NCBI GenBank assembly: GCA_033442325.1
Contig: JAWQFM010000001.1
Location: 1,672,138 to 1,736,137, forward strand
DNA length: 64,000 nucleotides
From: Salpingoeca rosetta
Taxonomy: Eukaryota; Protista; Choanoflagellata
Direction of reading: 5' to 3'
Position numbers and translations under genes: made by a program. This document shows positions 13,149-44,063 of the stretch, piece by piece; the stretch's first letter is position 1; every line of letters begins with the position of its first letter. The notes under the pieces are model-generated. The model worked only from the letters and a program-made list of their open reading frames with translations. It made no database searches and was not told the DNA's origin.

Positions 13149-13588
13149 GCAACAGCAACAACAACAACAACTTAAACAACAACAACTTAAACAACAACAA
13201 CAACAACAACAACAACTTAAACAACAACAACAACACACACACACACACACATACACAAACGCACGCGCTTACAATCTGTGCTAAAGTTCCAGCTTGGACG
13301 CTGCCGCTCATCCAAAGGCGGCAGCATGCTGCCACTCGTGGATCGCAAGCGACGCGTCATTGCAGGCAGGCGCAAGGCACAGCTACACACAAGGAGGTCG
13401 TGTTGTTGTTGTGCTTGTGTTGTTGTGCTTGTGTTGTTGTGCTTGTGTTGTTTGCTGGCGTTGTTGGGACGACACAAGACACACAGAAAGATAGTAAACA
13501 AGAAAAACAATGGACGGGTGGATGGAGATGGCGGCGACATTCACACACCACACACACACGCACACACCACACACACACACAGTTGAGG

Positions 13589-20963
<7,375 letters not shown>

Positions 20964-21333
20964 ACAGTGTGTGGTGGTGTTGTTCGTGTGTGTTGTGTTG
21001 TTGTGGTAGCTTTGATTGGCGGGTGATCTGATGTGTTGTTGTGTTTCGTTATGTTACATTACGTGACATGATTTGATGTGATGTTTGTGACAATATGGTT
21101 GATTCCAACATTTATGGTGTTATCCTCTTCAAAGCGCAAGGGGAGCAAAGTGTAAGGTTGTTCTGCTTGCTTGCTTGCTAGCATAAATGAATTCACACCA
21201 AACCAAACCAAACCAAACCACTGCTGAAACGACACAACCTGGGAACATACAACAATACACGCGCTAGGGCCTACAACCAATGTCTTCCCAACAACCACAT
21301 CTGTGTCTCCTTCCTTGCTTGTTTTCGTCGTCA

Positions 21334-22646
21334 TTAGTCCCGATGACTAGTGTCCGCCTTTGTGTCAACATCACCACCATCATCGTCAGCATCGTCGTCG
21401 TTGTCACTGTCGCTCAACAAGAACTCCTGAATCTCTTCCTTCATGCGTTGCCTGCGGCAGTGTGAAGGACCGTGGTGTGAGCGAAGGAGTGGGCGTGGGC
21501 GCTGTGTGTGTGTGATGTGTGGTGTTTATATGTGGTGTTTATATGTGTTGTGTTTAATGTGTGGTGTGTGAATGTGTGTGGGTGTGTTGTGTGTGTGTGC
21601 GTGCGTGTGTGCGTCGTGTGCACGTGGGTGTGTGTGTGCATGCGTGCGTCGTGCGTTGTGTGTTGTGTGTGTTGTGTGTTCGCATGTGTCATGTGTGTTT
21701 TTTGTAGGACGGACCTGGAGACGCGCTGTGCGACGCGAGGTTGGATGTGCGGCAGCTGAAGTGATGCGCCGTCCTGTTGTGTGTGTGTGTGTGTGTGCAG
21801 TTGAATGCGCAGAGGTGGTGGTTGTTGTTGTTGTTGTTGGAAGGGTTGGACGAGACAAAGTGGGTGGGAGAATGTCCATGAGACAAAAGGAGACAGCGCA
21901 CACGCAAACACACACATGTAAAAAAAAAAAAAAACCGCACCGCTTGTTGTAGGAGGTTCCTGCAACCGTAGCAAACAAGCTTGACAAGGTTCGTCATTGC
22001 ACTCATCGGTGCTGGCGATGTGGTTGGTGTGGATGGTTCGACAGCAGTCGTACGCGCGTCTGAGGAGCACTCGCACGCAGAGCTGCAGCACGTCGAGGTA
22101 GCGGTCGCCGGGGAGCCAATTGGCACCTGGCAGCGTGGCCGGCACACCATCAAGGATGGTGAGGGGGTGCAAGCCATGTGACCACACGCTTGCCTTCAAC
22201 TGGAACGCACACATGAGCGCGCACACACACACACACACATACGTACACGCATATACACGCACAGACATACACACACACACAAGCACACATCATTCACATG
22301 TACACACATGCACACACATCGTGCACATTCACGTACGTTGACGGTGATTGGCTTGTGATGGTTTGCGAGGCGATTGATGTCTCGCGGCTCAATGGCATCA
22401 CCGCACAGCACACACACGTCAACGCTGCTGCTGGTGGTGCTGGTGGTGCTGGTGGTGCTGGTGGTGCTGGTGTCCGTGGTAGCACTTGGTGTTGTGGTGC
22501 TGGTCGAGGAGTTGGTTTCGCGTGACGGTGTCAGCTTCTGCGCGATGCGAATGACAGAGGCTGAAGTGGATGGAAAATCCACCTCCAGGCCCGCAATAAA
22601 ATGCTCCGTCAACCGCTCGTAGCTCGCGTTGAAATTGGCCTGCAGC

Positions 22647-22721
<75 letters not shown>

Positions 22722-25485
22722 ATTTGGATGAGAATGAACGGGGACAGTAACAGTCATGTCAACCCATGTTTCCCACGCTCAAGCAAGCAAGCAAGCAAGC
22801 AAACACTGCGCGGTGACCTTTGTTGTGAAGCAAGTGCGGCCGAGAACAGGCACGCTGCCGGTGTAGTTGTACAGCGCAACCTCCTTTGCGGAGAGCAGAC
22901 GAAACGCTTTCATAAAGTGGACGCCCTCTCGCTCCGTCGAGAAGTCCTGCTCATGCGGGAGAAGGATTGTGACGTGTGCGTGTGTGTGTGTGTGTGTTTG
23001 GTTGTTTTGGAGCGGAATGGAACGTTACGAGATGTAACTTGGGCAGTATGCAAAGCACTGCAAGTTGGTAGCAGGTAGGCAGACAACATGTCAAGCATTG
23101 TCACAAGCACAAGCACAGGCGCAAGCACACGCACAAGCACATGTACGCAGACGTACGGTCAAGTGTGCGATGGCTGCTCCACGCCCACGTGTGAGAAGAG
23201 TGAGGCAGTGCATGGCGAGCTGCGTTGCACAGTCGCCAAGCATCACCTGCAGTCGACATCCAACGACAACAACAGCAGCGCAGGTGAGTTGTGCACTTGA
23301 ACACGCACACATACGAGCACATTAGCGCACACATACACGAACACCGACACATACATACACATGCACAATACACATGCACAATACACATACAATTCATTCT
23401 AGACGCACCTTTGTAGTGCCGTGCAGATGTGCAATTCGCACCAAGAGATCAAACCTGAAGGAGCGCAAAGGTAAAAGAAGAGAAATGAACACACCAGCTT
23501 TCATCACGGCTCTGCTTAGGGCGCGCGCGCACACATACACACATACACACACCCACAGACGTACACACCAACACGCGTTCACACCCGCACACCTGAGGAT
23601 TCGCAGCATTTCTTCTTTTGCTGTTGGTGTCTTGAGCGCTGCAAACACGCTGCGCAGCTGTTGCGCCGTGCCATCTCGCACGTCCTGTGCACGACGCAGG
23701 TCAGCTGCAAACAGGTCCTCCAGGGCATACACGTGCAGCTCAAAGCCGTAGCGAGACGCAACCTCTCGCATTGCTTCGCTGGTGGGCGCATGAGCACGCT
23801 GCTGCTCGGGCAACACCGTGCGCTCTGTGTGTGTATGTGTGTGTGAGTGAGTGAGTGAGTGTGTGTGTGTGTGTGTGAGTGTGTGTGAGTGAGTGAGTGA
23901 GTGAGTGAGTGAGTGTGTGTGTGTGAGTGAGTGAGTGAGTGAGTGAGTGTGTGTGTGTGTGTGTGAGTGAGTGCGTGAGTGAGTGAGTGAGTGAGTGAGT
24001 GTGTGTGTGTGTGTGTGTGATAAGATAGTCAGAGCTGAGCAGCAGGTGCAAGATTGCTGCATGTGACTGGCAAGTGAGGGCACGCACCGTCAATATGGAC
24101 GACAAACGGGTTGATGCGAAGAGGTCGCTTCTTGGCGTGTGTCATCTACAGTGGGCGAGACGAACAACGAAAGGAAGACAGGGTAAGCATGCTCATGCCG
24201 CATTGTGTCGGATGTAGAGCGCTACGGAGAAAAGCAGGTGGAAAGCTCTGGTCAAAGGCAACGCCGCCCAGCACATCACACAGCGTCGTATGGTGCTGTG
24301 TTTCGTGAAGACCCTCACCTCCTGGATCAGTGCCAGCAGACACGAGGACCTGTTGCCGCCCGAGTACGCGAGCATCACCTGCGATCCCATAAGCCAAAGG
24401 GAAGAGGTATTCAGTGCAGGAAGAAGCCACAAATATCAGCAGCCATGGAAGTGAAGGAAATCGGGGAGGGGGGAGACAGAGGTGGGTAGGTGAAGCACAG
24501 CGACTGGCACACACATAGCGCAAGCTGACTGACTGCCACAACCTCACAAGCTCCCTTCAAGAATACAATGGACCCAATGTGAACACCAACACGCGTACAC
24601 ACACACACACACACATACGTATCGGTTGAGCACCTTTTCCATCTGCTTCATGATGCGATGCTGTCCCATGTCCCTGCGCGCCTTTCGAATAAAGGCGTCA
24701 CGGAAGCATTCCCTTTTGAATGTGTGCGAGTGGTGTGCATTGGCGTGTGAGCTGGCGCGTGTTTGGGTGGCAATGCGAGGCATGTAGGATCAAGGCGAAG
24801 CTTCCCAGGCACGCACAAGCGCTGCGTGTGTGTGTGTGTGTTATGTTGGAACCTGCAGTAAGCGTCCAGTTTCCGCAGGGTAAACTCGCTCTTCTTGCCG
24901 CACTTGTTGCAAACGGACATGTCCAACGCCCTATGCGCAACACAACAAGCAACATGAGGAAGCGAGCGGGGGTTAATCGACAGATGGGTGGTGGGCACCT
25001 GATGTGAACACCTAATGTGAACACCCAATGTGGGCACCTGATGTGAGCACCTGATGTGAGCACCTGATGTGAACACCCAATGTGAACACCTGATGTGAAT
25101 GTGGGCACCTGATGTGAGCACCAGCAAACACATGCACACATGCACGCATGTACGAGGTGAGCAGATGCTGTGTCTGTCCATGACGCCTTATTCTTTCCAT
25201 CACGCGAGCACAAGATTGTATGGGAAGTGACATGTACCTGCGGCGGTAGGCGCTCTTCTTCTCATGGTACTCTGCCATCTTCTTCTTGCGCTCCTCTTGT
25301 TGTTTCTGGCTCAGTTGCTGCTGCTGCCCGTCTTGCTGCTGCTGCCCTTGTGTTGTTGTGGCATGGCGGTCCACGGCATCACGCACACCCTCCTCCCTCA
25401 CACCAACACCAGCATCACCAGCAACATCAGCGTGGTCGCGGCTGCTGCTGCTGCCCGCAACGTGCTGCCGCTTTGGCTCGCTCAT
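21334..25485 (-). CDS. CTU2: Cytoplasmic tRNA 2-thiolation protein 2 (CTU2/NCS2)
   Basis: Spliced motifs CNKC...DAYCRECF, VMLAYSGGNRSSCLL, FVVHID, KTPTAKEEMLRILR, VMLGDCATQLAMHCLTLLTRGRG, LTEHFIAGLEVDFPST, CVLC, VCYGCR and C-terminal RMKEEIQEFLL. Confidence 0.88.
24993..25122. repeat. 13-bp minisatellite (CACCTGATGTGA[A/G]), about 10 degenerate copies, in CTU2 intron 1
   Basis: Direct tandem units visible in sequence. Confidence 0.85.
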
Positions 25486-25892
25486 CCTTTTGCCTCTCTG
25501 CTTGTTCTTCCCGCGTTACGACGACTGAATTCAGGCGTCGCAAGAAATCGCCGAGTCAGCGAAAAATATGGGCTTGCTGGCTGGGCAACCTTCTGCAATC
25601 GCTTTCCGCTTTGCTTTTTCCTTCTTCCTTTTGCCTCACGTGGACGCAAGCGCGACAAGCAACAACACAAGAGCAGCACGCTGCACATTGCCACCAGCCG
25701 TCGCTGTCTCCTCCTGTCTGCTTGTAGTTTGTTGTTGCTGTTGCTGTTGTTGTTGTTGTACAGCCAGGAACCCCTTCTCCCATCCCGTCGCGTCGCGTCG
25801 CGCCCTGTCCCTGCAACAACACACCCACGCGTGAAGCGGAAGCAGGTCGTCTTCTCCTCCCCCCCCCTACCCGCAGAACACAAACCGCCAAC

Positions 25893-27469
<1,577 letters not shown>

Positions 27470-28147
27470 CTCCCCGGCTTGCTCGTTAGCTGGCTGTAGC
27501 ATTTTCAGCGCGTCGGCGATTATGTAGTGGTGCGACTGGTTGGTTCAGTTTTTGCGTCTGTGTAAGTTGGTGTTCGTTGTTGCTGCTGCTGCTGCTGTTG
27601 TTCTTCGTGCCTTTTAACCCCCCCCCCCCTCCATTTCTTTCTCGTTTCTCTCTCTCTCTCCTTCTCAACGTGATGCTTGGGCTTGTCTGTTTCGTTGCCC
27701 GCTTCTCAACCAATCAACGCCTCGTCTCTCCAGTCCCCCCCCCACCTTTCCTGTTCCTCTATGACCGAGATAGCTCAGGTTGTTTGTGTGTGTGTGTGTC
27801 TGAGTGTGTGTGTGTTGTGCTTTGCTGACATACGTGAACAACTTTGTGTTGCTTCCTGTTGTGGTTGTCGTTGTTGTTTGACATGACGTGAAATACACAT
27901 GACACATAAACAACGGTGTGACGTGGTGTCAAGAAGCTTTGTGTGTGCGCGCGAGTGACCCCCCGTGTTGCGATGTGACGCAGTGTTCCACTCCCTCTGC
28001 CTGGTGGTTTTGTGCGGAAGTTAAAAGAGGGGTTGCAAGAGGCGGGTTCTTTTATTGAATACGACGAGCGAGCAAGTCAGTCAAAAGAGAAACCACAGCA
28101 CTCTCACGGGGAAGGGAGACAGCTGGACTGGAGCACCAGGGAGCGTC

Positions 28148-29080
28148 TTATGCCTTGAGGCTCTCGCGGAGCTTGGCAAGGGCGCGGGAGTCGGGCAGGG
28201 CCTGTGAAACAAGAAGAGCAAGCCGAGCAAGCAAAAGTCATAATGTGTGTGAGCGGATGCAAAGGGATCAGCAACAACAGTCCGTCGTGGCGGTGATGGT
28301 GAGGGTGAGGTGATTGGCAAACAACACAAAGAAATAAATATCGGGCAGGGGGAATGCAAAACGAGAAAAAGGGGAGAAGAAAGAAGAGGAGGAAGGGCGT
28401 GTTGAAACGCAAAGTAGGGGGAGAAAAGGGTTGCGCGTCGTTGGTTCAGACAACTAAGATTCCGGATTGAAGTTCTCCGCAGATGCTACACGCTTTTCGG
28501 CAGCCTCAGAAGAGGGAGCTTGAAGCCATTCTCATCAAGACCGTTCGCACTCGAGGAAAGCAAAACAAGAGTGGAAGTTGGGGGGGGGGAACGATGGAAG
28601 GAAGGAGGGGGAAAGGGAAACTGAGACAGAAGAAAGGGAAGAGGGGTAGGGGGTAAAAGAACGTAGCAGAGAAGGAAAGATGGATAAGGCGAGACAGGGA
28701 GGGTTGCGCGTCGTTGGTTCAGACAACTAAGATTCCGGATTGAAGTTCTCCGCAGATGCTACACGCTTTTCGGCAGCCTCAGAAGAGGGAGCTTGAAGCC
28801 ATTCTCATCAAGACCGTTCGCACTCGAGGAAAGCAAAACCAGAGTGGAAGTGGAAAGGGGGGAAACGATAGAAGGAAAAAGAAGTAGGGGGGGAGGGTTG
28901 TGGAGGGAAACAGCAGGGGAGGGGATGGCGAAGAAAAGGAGAAAGCAAGGAAGCAAGGGAGGAGGGGAGGAGGGTGCCAAGGCAAGGAAGAAATACAAAT
29001 GGCACCCAACAAAAGAGGAACACGCCAACCATCCAGAGACCTGCCAGCCACACACACACACACACACACACAAACAGAAG

Positions 29081-29114
<34 letters not shown>

Positions 29115-29564
29115 CACAAACAAACAAACAGAAGCACACAGCCATACACAAACAGAAGCACACAGCCACACACGAGCGCCGTCTGCACGAACCTTGACGG
29201 CGACGCAGCTGCACTTGACAACCTTGCGGGGGTTACCGTCCTTGTCAATCTTGCAGAGACCAGCCCACTCGCCGAGCTGCTTCTTGCTCTCGACGGTGAC
29301 GAAAGGAACCTTGCGCTCGGCGCAGAGGGCCTCGATGAGCTTGGTGATGTTCTTCTCGTCGCAGTCGTTGGCGACAACGGCGAAGATGGCGTCACCGCGG
29401 GAGATGGTCTTGGCCACCTCGCGCAGACCGCGGACGATGCCATCAGAATGCACGGCATCGCGAAGCACAAGGCGCAGAGCCTCCTCGTTGGTGAGCTCGG
29501 CCTCGACGGCAGGGGTCTCAACCTGCTCGGGGGTGGTGTCCATGGTCTGCTGCTCCTCAGCCAT
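28148..29564 (-). CDS. RPS12: 40S ribosomal protein S12 (eS12); join(29193-29564, 28148-28201)
   Basis: DGIVRGLREVAK...LGEWAGLCKIDKDGNPRKVVKCSCVAVK, then a GT...CAG intron and terminal exon ALPDSRALAKLRESLKA*. Confidence 0.97.
28443..28542 (-). ncRNA. Intronic box C/D snoRNA, SNORD100-like (18S Gm436-equivalent guide), copy A
   Basis: Minus strand: terminal GGT, box C TTGATGA (28538-28532), guide TCAAGCTCCCTCTT, box D' CTGA (28509-28506), box D CTGA (28449-28446), terminal ACC. The guide is complementary to conserved 18S AGAGGGAGC. Sense to the RPS12 host. Confidence 0.85.
28716..28815 (-). ncRNA. Intronic box C/D snoRNA, SNORD100-like, copy B (identical to copy A)
   Basis: Exact copy offset by 273 bp in the same RPS12 intron. 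Confidence 0.85.
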
Positions 29565-29983
29565 TGTTGGTGTTTGGTGATGAAGGTGTGTGTGTGACCG
29601 TCCTCAAGTCCTCCACTGAAGCGGGGTAAGCGTCGCTGCCGCGTGTCGTTTCGGGTCGCACAAGTCGATGATGGAAAAGGCACAAGCCAAGACGAGAGAC
29701 AAGCGAGAGACAACACATGCATACAGATCGGGGAGATTTTCACAGATTTTCAGCAGCTTGGAGAACCCCACACCTTTTTTCAGTGTCTGTACCATACGTT
29801 GCAAATTGCAACTCACTGCACCGTGCAATTGGCACATCCACCCCACCAAGCGACAGTGCGGACGAACGTGCTGCTTGCTGGCTTGCTTGCTTGTGTCCTT
29901 TGTGTCACGTCAGGGATCACAGCAGGGGTCGAGGCAGCAGGGATCACAGCGGCAGCAGTGGCAGGAGCGGCAGGAGGGGGAAG

Positions 29984-34109
<4,126 letters not shown>

Positions 34110-34596
34110 CCAGCCCTCTTTGTGTGTGTGCGTGTGTGTGTGCGCGTGTGTGTGTGTGTGTTTACAATATCAAGCAAGCATTGTGTATCTTGTGGGAAGT
34201 TGTTTCGGGTCACATAGGTATGAATATATTGACAAGCGAGCAAACAGACCCAAGATGGAACGGAGAGAGAAGAAGCGAATCAAGACGCGGAAACGAAGCA
34301 GGTGGTGGCGGCGAGAGAGGGGAGAGGGAGGGATTCATGAGGTAAGAAGGGCGTGTGGTGTGTCTAACAAGCGCACGGGGGGGGGATGCATGAGCATCAA
34401 CAGCAAGGAGGCGTGATGGAGTGGATGTAAGCAAAGTGAGCAAGTAAGCGTGGAAGAATCAATGGCCAGTGAATGGGCGAAAAAAATGACGGACTAAATG
34501 AGCAACATGGTCCAATGGCGCACTGATGGCAGTGGCTATCTTGGTGCTGCAGGTGTGCGTGTGTATGTGTGTGTTTGTGTGTGTGTGTGCGTGTGT

Positions 34597-36131
<1,535 letters not shown>

Positions 36132-36631
36132 GGCTGGAGTAGCTGTGTCAACAAAGGTGAAACACCAAAAGCGCGTCCCCAAGTCGTCAGAGTTGAGAAG
36201 GGAGGAAGAGGAGAGTGGTTAGATGGGGAATGAACTCGAGTCTGTCTTGGTTGCTGGCTGGATGGATATGGATAGATGGATGTGGCTGAGATGATGGCTG
36301 TTGTGGTGGTTTGAGTTGTTGTTTGACTGAGCTCCTTGTCGTTAACGAGAATTGGTGAATGTCTCCAACAAATCTTCACAACCGCCCGTTTTTTCCACCA
36401 ACGGCGACTGACTGAACAAAGTGGTGCTGGTGGTGCTGGTGCTGTTGTGGTTGGTGCTGTTGTGGTTGGTGCTGTTGTGGTTGGTTGTCTCGCTGTGCGT
36501 ATCGCATTAAGTCACATTGTCACACCACATTGGGTGTGTTCCAGAGCCTTGCTGCTCATCTGTTCCTCTTGTTGGGGTTGTTTCTTTCTTTCCTCGCTGC
36601 ACCTGCCATCCCTCCCCCTGTTTGCCACACC

Positions 36632-36772
36632 ATGTCGCGAGTGACACTGGGAAGCCAAGCTGTGGTGGGGAAGCTGGAGCGCCGCTTTGCCTCTGCAAGC
36701 GAAGCATACGCTGCGCGCCGCACATGGAAGAACCCAAAGGCAAAGAAGGCCTTCCTCTACCACATGCAACAG

Positions 36773-36810
<38 letters not shown>

Positions 36811-37832
36811 CTGGGAGGGGGTCAGGAGCGAGAGAGAGAGAGAGAGCGTGTGTGTGTGTGAATGGAAGAGGGAACTAGGGAATATGTATGTGTGTGTGTG
36901 TGCGCGCGAGAGAGAGAGAGAGAGAGTTGGGGGCAGGGGCCGGGGAGAGAAACAGAGTAAACAAGCGAGTGTTGTGTATCGTCCTTGCGCTGCGTCTGCA
37001 GCGCCAAACGCCCCTTTGGTCATTGACGTCGTGCCCGTGGCATGTGCGTGTTGCGCAGGTATCAAGGGAGGCCTTCCAGTTGTTGCGATCCAACGTCGCC
37101 GTTGGTGGCTCACCTTGGGACTACACCCTCAAAGATGACGGTGAGGCACAGCCTGTGCTTTTGTGGTCCGCTTGCTGTGAACGCCTTGTCCAAGCGGCAT
37201 CGAGTCCTGTGTTCGTCGTGAGACGAGCGTGCTCACCCATCCTGCCTCCAACCCACCACCTTGTTTGTCACGGCACTGCTTGGTTTGCGTTGATATTTGA
37301 TGGCAGACACGGCGCCGCGTGATCGCGACCTCTCTGCACAGCTCAAGGCGATCCAGCTGGAGGTGTACGAGCTCATCTCCCGCGTCACCCAGCACCGCGC
37401 ACAAACCCCGCAAGCCATCGACGCAAAGCTGGCGGAGTGCCCGCCGCTGGAAGTGCCAACTGCTGAGGCCATTGCCAAGGCAGACGAGACAGCATCTGCT
37501 CCAACAGCAGCAGGCGACACAGCAGCGCCATCAGGTCAGCCGCGCTTGCTGCTGCTGCTGCTGTTGTTACTGAGGGCTCTTTGTGTGTTGTGTGATGTCT
37601 CTCTGTTTGACGATGGACTGGCTCCTCGATCGTCCTGCTCACCCCCGCAATATGGCTCCGGGCTTTGTGTTGTCGTGCTTGCAGAAGCAACGCGAGAGCT
37701 GCTCGATCGGCTGGCAAAGGCAATGGACGAGATTGCGGAGCTGAGTCGCACCCTGCCACAGCGCAAAGCGCAGCTGCACACCCTTGCCCGCGCGCTGGAG
37801 ATCCAGGTGTGTGTGTGTGTGTGTGTGTGTTT

Positions 37833-37891
<59 letters not shown>

Positions 37892-38061
37892 GGCTTGCGG
37901 TTCCTGCTAGGTGCAAATTTGTTTTTTGTGTTTTCGCCCACCTCACAGCTGTCAATTCGTTCTTCTCTGAACAGACGAACAACCTGATGTTGCCGGACGA
38001 GAGTGAGGAAGAAGGCTCGGCACAATCGCAGCAACAAGAAGCAGCCCCTGCCACGACTTGA
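36632..38061 (+). CDS. NSL1: Kinetochore MIS12-complex subunit NSL1/Mis14-like
   Basis: Five exons (~36632-36772, 37059-37141, 37306-37534, 37685-37806, 37974-38061). Motifs RVTLGSQAVV, FQLLRSNVAVGGSPW, YELISRVTQHRAQTPQAI and DEIAELSRTLP...LARALEIQ parallel recalled human NSL1 segments in the same order. Confidence 0.68.
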
Positions 38062-38065
38062 AGTC

Positions 38066-38115
<50 letters not shown>

Positions 38116-38354
38116 TTTGTGTACGTTTGTGCAGCGGAGTGCGGGGAGAGGTGTGCGAGCATGTTTACATTAACAGACGAATTGAATTGAATGTTCCCAA
38201 CACACGCTTGCGTTTGTGTGTGTGTGTGTGTGTGCGTGTGTTGTTCCATCTCGTTTTGTGGTCAAGACTCCATTTCATTTTGGTTTGGCTTTGCGTGCAT
38301 GGCATGATGGACAAATGAGAGATCACTGACGAATGACACGGCACTGCGCAGTTG

Positions 38355-42568
<4,214 letters not shown>

Positions 42569-42696
42569 GTCGTCGATGTGTGGCCGGCGATTGCTCTGGG
42601 TTGCAGTGTTGTCATCACTTAATTGGATGGTCCTTCTTCTTGCTTGCTGCATTGTTTGTGTTTGATTTGAAGAAGCAAGGTTGTGAGCTAGCGAAG

Positions 42697-42883
42697 ATGA
42701 GTGTGGGTGTTGAGCGCTTTGAGGTGCCCTTCCGCGAGGAGGATATGGAGGAGGTGAGGCAAAAGCTTGCGCAGGCCCGCCCAGCTCCCGCATCACCCTC
42801 CCCAGACTGGAAGGCAGGCACCCCGACGCACGTGCTCCAGGACGCAATCAAGTCAGTGCACATATGTCTGCATGCGCGCGCGC

Positions 42884-42970
<87 letters not shown>

Positions 42971-44031
42971 GGTAGAACTGAGCTTGCGGGTTATCGTTCT
43001 CTTGCACGCTTACACACTTGTACGGTTGCACGCTTACACACTTGCACGCTTGCACGCTTACACACTTGTACGGTTGCACGCTTGTACGCTGATGCTGTTG
43101 GCCATCTCAGGTACTGGAAGGAGTCATACGATTGGAAGGCCGCCGTGGAGAAGCTGAACACCTTTGATCACTTCACATGCCCAGTGGATGACCTCCGCAT
43201 CCACTTCATCCACCAGGTTTGTGAATTGTGTGTGTAGGAAACATATACATGTGTGTGTATTGTGTGTGTGTGTGCGTGCGTGCGTGCGTGTGTGTGTGTA
43301 ATTGGTTGACGGCAAGTGGCGTCCGTGTTGGTCCGTTACATGTGTGCGTTTGAACACTGCCGTGTGCCGTGGAGCAGAAGACGACAGCCAAGGAGCGCAC
43401 ACCACTGCTGCTGATCCATGGTTGGCCCGGGTCCGTGTTTGAGTTTCACAAACTCATTCCCCTCCTCACCGCCGACAAGGTATGCACATGTGCATGCACG
43501 TATGTGTGTGAATGGAGTTGTGTGTGCGCATGTGTGCATGCGTGTGTGCACGCGTGTGTGTACTTGTGTGTGCATGTGTATGTGTGCGTACATGCGTGTG
43601 TGTATATGAGCATGTGTGCGATCACGCATCACCGTCTTGTGTTTTGTGCACTGCTGTGTGCACCACTATGTGCTTCTGCCGTGTGATCCTGTGCACTTTG
43701 GAGTTGTAACTGAAGTGCATGTGCTATGACTAGCAGAGGATGAGCACATGACTACCCTCACGCACACACACATACGCATATGAACAGGACGGGCATGGTT
43801 TCGATGTGATTGCGCCATCGCTGCCCGGATATGGGTGGAGCGAAGCACCGAAGCAGGAGGTGAGCACATGTGAATGTTGTTACGATGGAAGGAGTGGGTG
43901 GCGAAAGACGGGCGTGCCATGGAAGCTTAGTCTGCTGGTCAGCAGTGCGCGTGTTGACATACGTGGATTATGTGGTCTCATTGGCACTTGTCCGTATGCG
44001 TGTGTGTGCGTATGCGTGTGTGTGTGTGTGT

Positions 44032-44063
<32 letters not shown>

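Noticed and set aside
24993-25122. CRISPR-like array
   Set aside because: Contiguous 13-bp units without spacers.
28428-28840. LTR pair or rRNA gene fragments
   Set aside because: The repeats are too short, lack TG...CA ends and enclose no coding region. The rRNA-like words are short, antisense to the host transcript and framed by C/D boxes, which fits snoRNA guides.
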